Shown here in pieces: positions 55,091 through 64,000 of a stretch of 64,000 nt of DNA (position 1 is its first letter; each line of letters begins with the position of its first letter). The position numbers and the translations under genes were made by a program. The notes below the pieces were generated by a model that saw only the letters and a program-made list of their open reading frames with translations, ran no database searches and was not told the origin of the DNA. Origin of the DNA: the human T2T-CHM13v2.0 reference genome, Homo sapiens; NCBI RefSeq assembly GCF_009914755.1, contig NC_060927.1. One strand, 5' to 3'.

Positions 55091-55959
55091 ACTAAACATT
55101 AAGGCTAGATATGGCATTTTGGCAAGTCCATAGTCTGAAGCTCTAAATGTGAAGTTCAATGCAATATAAAATAATAATAATCATATTTTTAAAATTATTT
55201 ACCATGTATGAATTGATTTTGTCAGATGGACATTTACCTGATGCATGTGAATGGAATTTAACAGTAGCCACTTTGTCAAATATTACTTAGAAGACAACAT
55301 ATCCCAAAAAAAGTCTCCTGTAAACATATGGATAACGTTTAGTTTGGATTTGTGACTGAGCTAGCAAAGGGTTCTACGAATAGCTGTTTACTCCGACTGT
55401 ATGAGCAGTATGCTGAAGGTGGGTCTGAACCATGCTTATGCCAAGTGAAATAAGAAGAGAAATGGGTAATTTTAAAACAGTTAGATTTATATATCATTCA
55501 TGATATTTATCATTTCATCAGACAGTAATGCCTCAAAGACAATGTCTAGTTTTTTGCAGCTATATATAATATTTTAGTTTTTATATTTGGTTGATATCTG
55601 TGAAAAATTATTGTTTGCTGTCTAGACACTCAAAATGCTTTTCCAGTGATCTGTACTGTACTAGAGGGCTATACTTGGAATAAATACAGACTAGTCATGT
55701 GGATCATCTTTACTTTCTGCACTTTTAGCATAAACTAGTTTTGTTATCATAATCCACTCCATTTCTTAAGATCTTAAATTATAAAATAGGGACTGTAATA
55801 TCTAACACCACACATTTCACAGGTATGCATGGAGCAAACCCAGCAAGTATTTTGTCTCAGCAGTTTCTCCAGATGGCTATTTCCTTGCCAACTCAAATTA
55901 AATATGCCCAAGAGAACTGTTTACTACCTTTTGTTTATATTCCTCCTCTGTCTAAGGAA

Positions 55960-56190
55960 GCAGCATGTTAGCAAAACGGGCAAACAAGCAAATAAACTAA
56001 AATAACTTGTGGAATCCAACAGACCTGAGCTCAAATCATGACACTGGCACATATCAGTTGTATGAACTTGGATAGTTATTTATTATTTTCTGTTTCCATT
56101 ATTTTATCTATACTAGGGATGATAATATACACTCATGTGTTTATATAAGGTTTATAGATAATGAATATGAGTGTTTGGAACATACAGTAG
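55960..56190 (+). mobile_element. MIR
   Basis: ggaatccaacagacctgagctcaaatc...gggatgataata. Confidence 0.6.
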
Positions 56191-56538
56191 TGTCTTTATG
56201 CAGGCTGCTATAACAAAATACCATAGACAGTGACTTATACAACAGAAACTTATTTCTCACAATTCTGGAGACCGAGAAGTCAAAGATCAAGGTGCCAACA
56301 GGTTTGGTGTCTGATGAGGACCCACTTCCTGGTTCATAGATGGCTGACTTTTCACTTTGTCCTCACAGAGTATGGAAGGGGAAAGGGACCTCTCTGGGGC
56401 CTATTTTACAGAGGCACTAATCCCATAAGTGAGGGTCGAGCCTAATCACTTCCCAAATACCACATTTCCAAATAGTATCACACTGGGATAAAGTTCTAAA
56501 CTGAATTTAGCAAGGACATAAACATTCAGTCTATGACA
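56190..56538 (-). mobile_element. MLT1A-like MaLR LTR
   Basis: ggctgctataacaaaataccatagac...ggcactaatccc...aaacattcagtc. Confidence 0.85.
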
Positions 56539-56699
56539 AGAATGTTCTTCAGGATAGGAGCTGCTGCATCAGCAACCACCTGATGCTCCAGGTCATGACA
56601 GAATAATGAGGTACAGAAGATGTCTTCACTTCACTTGTAAACTCTTTATTGTTCTTCACACAAAACTGAAATATTTCTGTCAGATATTATTGTCTTCAT

Positions 56700-57485
56700 T
56701 TGTTGAAAAATTACCCCATCCTCTTCACTCATTAGAATTCTAACCTGGTTACCTTTTTTTCTGATACCGCCACTTTCTGGAAACTGCCTTTGCAAACATC
56801 TTGCTTCAGATTATGTTTTCCATTTGAAGACCCCACCCATCATATTTACTAAATTAACATCCTCAGTTGACCTTAAGAAATTTGCAATCTCACAGCAAAT
56901 AAAGGCTAAGATTCTCAACCACCTCTAAGTTCTTTATATGATAGCTCCACCCTAATAGATCTCTTCCTGTTCACCAACCACTGTCACTGTTCCTAAGACC
57001 ACTTTATTTCCAAATATTTATTGTTTATTTATCCAACTCCTATTTCCTTTAAGCTACATTCTTCATGTTCTTTTTATCCAATGTGCCTGCCCCCATTTTT
57101 TTTTGCAAATAAGTATTCTATATTTGATATTTCAAACAACTGTGGAAATCTCATTTGTTACAGAATCCCTGTGATATTACTATTTAGAAAGAGAAGCCTC
57201 AGCTTAGAAGTTCATTTATCTGACTTAGCAGAGCAGTTCTTACCTTCTTAAGTTCTCCCCAACTTAAGGAAAAACATCAGTAACTCCCTTCAATGTGCAA
57301 ATCCCACAATCCTCACTTCAGGCTTCAACTTGACTAAATATATTCCTTTAATGTCTTCCTTTCTATATTCCTATGATGCCTTAGTGTCTGAGCTTGTACC
57401 CTCCTAGAGAGCATATAATGTGTCTGCTTCAAATGGTAGCCCATGCATATAGATGACTCAAAAATATTACTGAAGTTGATGAAGA
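56700..57485 (+). mobile_element. Degenerate L2
   Basis: Pyrimidine-rich body and a gactcaaaaatattactgaa terminus. Confidence 0.45.
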
Positions 57486-59699
57486 GAGAGATGAACAAAA
57501 ATGTGGCATTACTGGCTACTCTGCAAAACACAAAAACCTAAAATTCTCATTTTACTCAAACCAATTCTACCATCTCATGCCTAGAGGCACTCAAGCAGTA
57601 AGGCTGCACAGCTTATACACACTGCTGTGAAATGTGGACCTCATACAGCAGCCGAGGTATATAAATATGCAAATCATAGATGTATACAGAAACAGCCTTC
57701 CAGTAGAGAACACCAGCTGTCACAAGCAGCAAACTCACTCTGAGGACTTGGCACTGGTGAACTGGCAAATACCCCCTGGTTGTTGCTGCCCCATCAATCA
57801 TGGGCCATTTGGCCGGGCGGCATTCTTGAACAGGTTTTCTCCCCTTTTTAACTCCGTTAAAGAACATTATTTTAAGGTGATGTAATAAGCTCCTGTAAAA
57901 CTTGATATGACTGTCTGATACAGGAGAGTTCATCTCTTGATGTACACCTTTCTGTATCTTGCTGTTGTTTTTTTTTAAAAGTCTGCATCCCCCAAAACAA
58001 AAGCATCAAATTAATGTTATATTTATCTTTATTAAATAATTATTATGAAAGGTTTTGCCGATACATGCTTGATGAGCAGTGTGCAGAATTTAACAGTTTG
58101 TTAATTTGTTTTTCAGACACGATTGAAAACTATTGACCCTCAAGTTATCACAAATGGTTATGAAATGGAAATGGAATGGGAAGGAGTATGAAAAAATAAG
58201 CTGAATACTGACAAACCTAAGGTACCCCAAAGTCTATGGAAACTCCAATTTAACGAGGGGATGAATAAGAAATTTACTTCTCAACAAACAACAAATAATG
58301 GTTTATAACCATGGAAGCATTCTGAGAGAAGTAAATATGTCATCGATTTTAAATAGCAGTGTTATCCAGCAGAGAGCAGATCAATGAAAGTTGCATAGGT
58401 TTTCACATGCTTCAGGATATTAAAGAACAATCCCATTTCCCCCCTCTATAAACCATTCCATCCAGAAGAGTAATTTTAAATGTGCTATAAATCATTATCT
58501 GTTCAACAACCAATCTGCATTCAGAAAAGTTATATCCATTCCTATTCTTCTTCCTTGGAACAATTTAAAATGCTCTCATTTTTTGCTAACCTGTAGGCCT
58601 GCTTTGGGTCTTCTGACTGGATATGTGGTAAAAAAAAAATAAGTTATTTCTCAAATTTAATATAACAAATACTAGGAGAGAAAACTGATGTATTTTCTTT
58701 AGAAAAAGTACTCAATGATTATCAGTTGGGCAATGTTTATTACAGCCTTGTAAATGGGTCGATAAGATTTATTGCTGTTTCAAAGATAGAGTGAACAATA
58801 TCTAGATAATTACAAAGATTTGCTTCATCTACACAAAGGTAGAGTGATGAAGAATCATAATGAATAAAGACTAAGATTTTCATCAACTATCTCAACATTC
58901 TATATATGATTGCATCCTCTCCTGTGAACTTGAATGTTAATGTTAGAAAATAAGATATTCATTCATTACCAAGTATTTTGTGAAGTTCTGTGTGGTTTCA
59001 AAGAGAAACAATGCACATTCTGTACACTCTGGGAGCTTGCACTAGTAGAGGAAATAAGGTGTGTAATGAAACAGCTATGTTATAAAGTGGAATGTGATGT
59101 GTTTTAAGAGAGAGGTAAATTTGCTTCCCATATTACAGAGAAAGAACTTGCTTGTGGATAGCAAGATCAAGTAAGCCATGATCAAGATATCACTTTACAT
59201 AAACTATGCTTGGTGATATGTTTAAAACTTCAATAGGAACTCATTGTTACTCCTCTGCATAAAACCTTCAGTCAGTTTCTATTACACTTAGAATATCCAC
59301 ACACACCAAAAAAGAAAAAACACAAAACACGGACCCTAACAGGCCTGCAAGGTTCTGGGTACCTCATCAGCCTCCTCTTGTTTTCTATCTGCCCCTTCTT
59401 AGCACGTTTCAGCTCACTGGCCAGGCCCTTTCCACATGTCCTAGTTCTGCCTGCAATCCTTCTCACACTCCATGTGTGGCTAACTCTACCTTCACAATTT
59501 GGGGGAAGACTTTGATTATCAAGGATATAAATTATGCACATACAAAGAAGTAAATTTGGAACAACGTTTGGACTCATTCCGGGTCAGACTCTTATGTATG
59601 AGCAGGCTATCACTATTGTTAGCAGCCGAAAGATTTTTAAGACAGGAAATGAAAATGACAGAGCTATATGTCATAAATATCTTGTAGGAATGTTTAGGA

Positions 59700-60500
59700 C
59701 AGTTTAGAATACAGAAAGGTGGGTGTGAGAGATACCACTTTCCTCAGAAAAAAAAAAATGTGGGAAAGAGGTAATGAGGGTCTATGTTAGAGAAGGTAAG
59801 GAGGCACAGTTCACAAACATGTTATCACTGACTGAAAAGAAGAGATAAATGGAATGGAGATGTTAGAAATAACTCTGCTTTCAGGGAGATCAATTGTGCC
59901 ATTATCAGAAATAGGGACATCAGAAAGAAACAAGAGATATTTTGGAGGCAAAGATTAATTTATTTTTAGTATAATAAAAGTGAAGTGGCTGATAGATAGA
60001 CAGAAATGCTTATAAGGTATTTCTGGGCTAGAATTCAGAAAAATAAAGGGAAACGCTGGCAATGAAGACTTGGAATCAAACTATATAGATGTTACCATTA
60101 AAGATGAAGTCATCAATGGACAAAATCGGAAAGGGAAGGAGAAGCAAGGACAGCAAAGCAAGGACAGCTCTGATGAAACATATAGGAATATGAAGATCAC
60201 ACAACTAAAGGAGATCAAGTTGACACAATCTGTGAAATGGAAGGAACATGAGAATATTGCATTATTTCAGGAAATAAAGAGAAAAGGAATTGCAAAAAAA
60301 GGGAATTATTCATAGTGTGCTTAAATAGAGGTCAAAGAGAATGACATAAGAAGGCTGGCTCTTTAAAAAGGGAGGGACACTGGGAGGCTAAAGTAGAGGA
60401 TATGGAACACAATAAGATAGGCAACTGAGTTAAAAATTAGCAAGTGATGAGTGGAGAGACTTACTGAAAGCTTACTCAACTGAGATTAGCAGGACTTTAT
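59700..60500 (-). mobile_element. Degenerate L2
   Basis: Purine-rich L2-like segments (gaggtcaaagagaatga). Confidence 0.45.
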
Positions 60501-60822
60501 AGGGTACACAGCAAAATGTTATTATATCCAATTTTCTAGGAATATTTAACACCCTTTAAATAAAGGGGAAAAGAGAATTATTAGAGTTGCTCGTGGTTAG
60601 AGACAGAAGAGATCAAAACAAGATAAGATCGAATAAGAATTCTGGATACCAGTAAAGTGGACACTGAAATGTCAGACTATAAGCTCTAGCTTGGCTAGAC
60701 AGGCAAATTATGTCAGTAAATGGTTAAAGGAGCATCCAGGAGGTCCTGATTTAAGTGTTCTTTTTTAAAATTTAAATTAGAAATTTTATGCAGGAAATTG
60801 TTTATTCTGCAATTTTACTTGA

Positions 60823-61326
<504 letters not shown>

Positions 61327-61772
61327 TCACTCTAGCATAGATGATTTTGTGAGTTTGCATAAAGAAAAAAAAGAAGAGTATGAACACTCAGGTGAAGAAA
61401 TGATGGAGGGCTAAAGAAGAAAAAATAAAAAGAAATATAAAAGGGGGAAAAGGGCATCACAACAACTTTCACTCTCTGAAAAGTTTTCTGAAAGGTTATC
61501 CTCTTAATAATCATGAGGGTTTTTTTTTTTTTAACAATTCTTCTTGAGCTGTTCTTCAGGTACAACACACAAACACACACAAGTTTATAAACTAAATAAT
61601 ATAAATTTCTACCTGTAAAGCCAACACCCTTCTCCCCAAAAAACTGTAAAAAATATTTTGTTATATTTTATTCTTTTTTTCCAGTGGAGGTATGAGTACA
61701 TATGATATATTGACCATTGTTGATAAAATTGAGGTTACATATTTCACTGTTTTGTAAACTACCACTTCATTT

Positions 61773-63914
<2,142 letters not shown>

Positions 63915-64000
63915 CTACTACTTCATTTAACCATATATTGCAAATATTTTTCATCATTTATTAAAATGTTTCATAAAACATGATAGTTAATGTATGCTTA

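Overview
AT-rich primate (human-like) genomic DNA lying inside the IgLON neural adhesion gene LSAMP, which is transcribed from the minus strand. The only supportable protein-coding sequence is one 126-nt internal exon (9706..9831, minus; (V)[41 protein letters not shown](G), the first half of Ig domain 2). It has a canonical branch point, polypyrimidine tract, AG acceptor and GTAAG donor. Everything else is intron: about 13 Alus (several with clear target-site duplications), a 5'-truncated L1PA/PB, old L1M/L2/MIR fragments, MaLR/ERVL LTRs, DNA-transposon MITEs (MER58B, MER53, MER47-like, MER20) and microsatellites. The other ORFs in the track are repeat-derived or chance. I found no convincing new biological system. 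The most unusual items are a tiny poly(A)-flanked, TSD-bounded LTR-derived hairpin insertion (~12.45 kb), two short dispersed ~95%-identical templated duplications (35.8/37.1 kb and 42.3/43.3 kb), a dense AP-1/ETS motif cluster (~50 kb), a recursive-splice-site-like motif (28.39 kb) and an orphan 48-nt homopolymer. Repeat family names are from recalled consensus sequences, and boundaries of old repeats are approximate.
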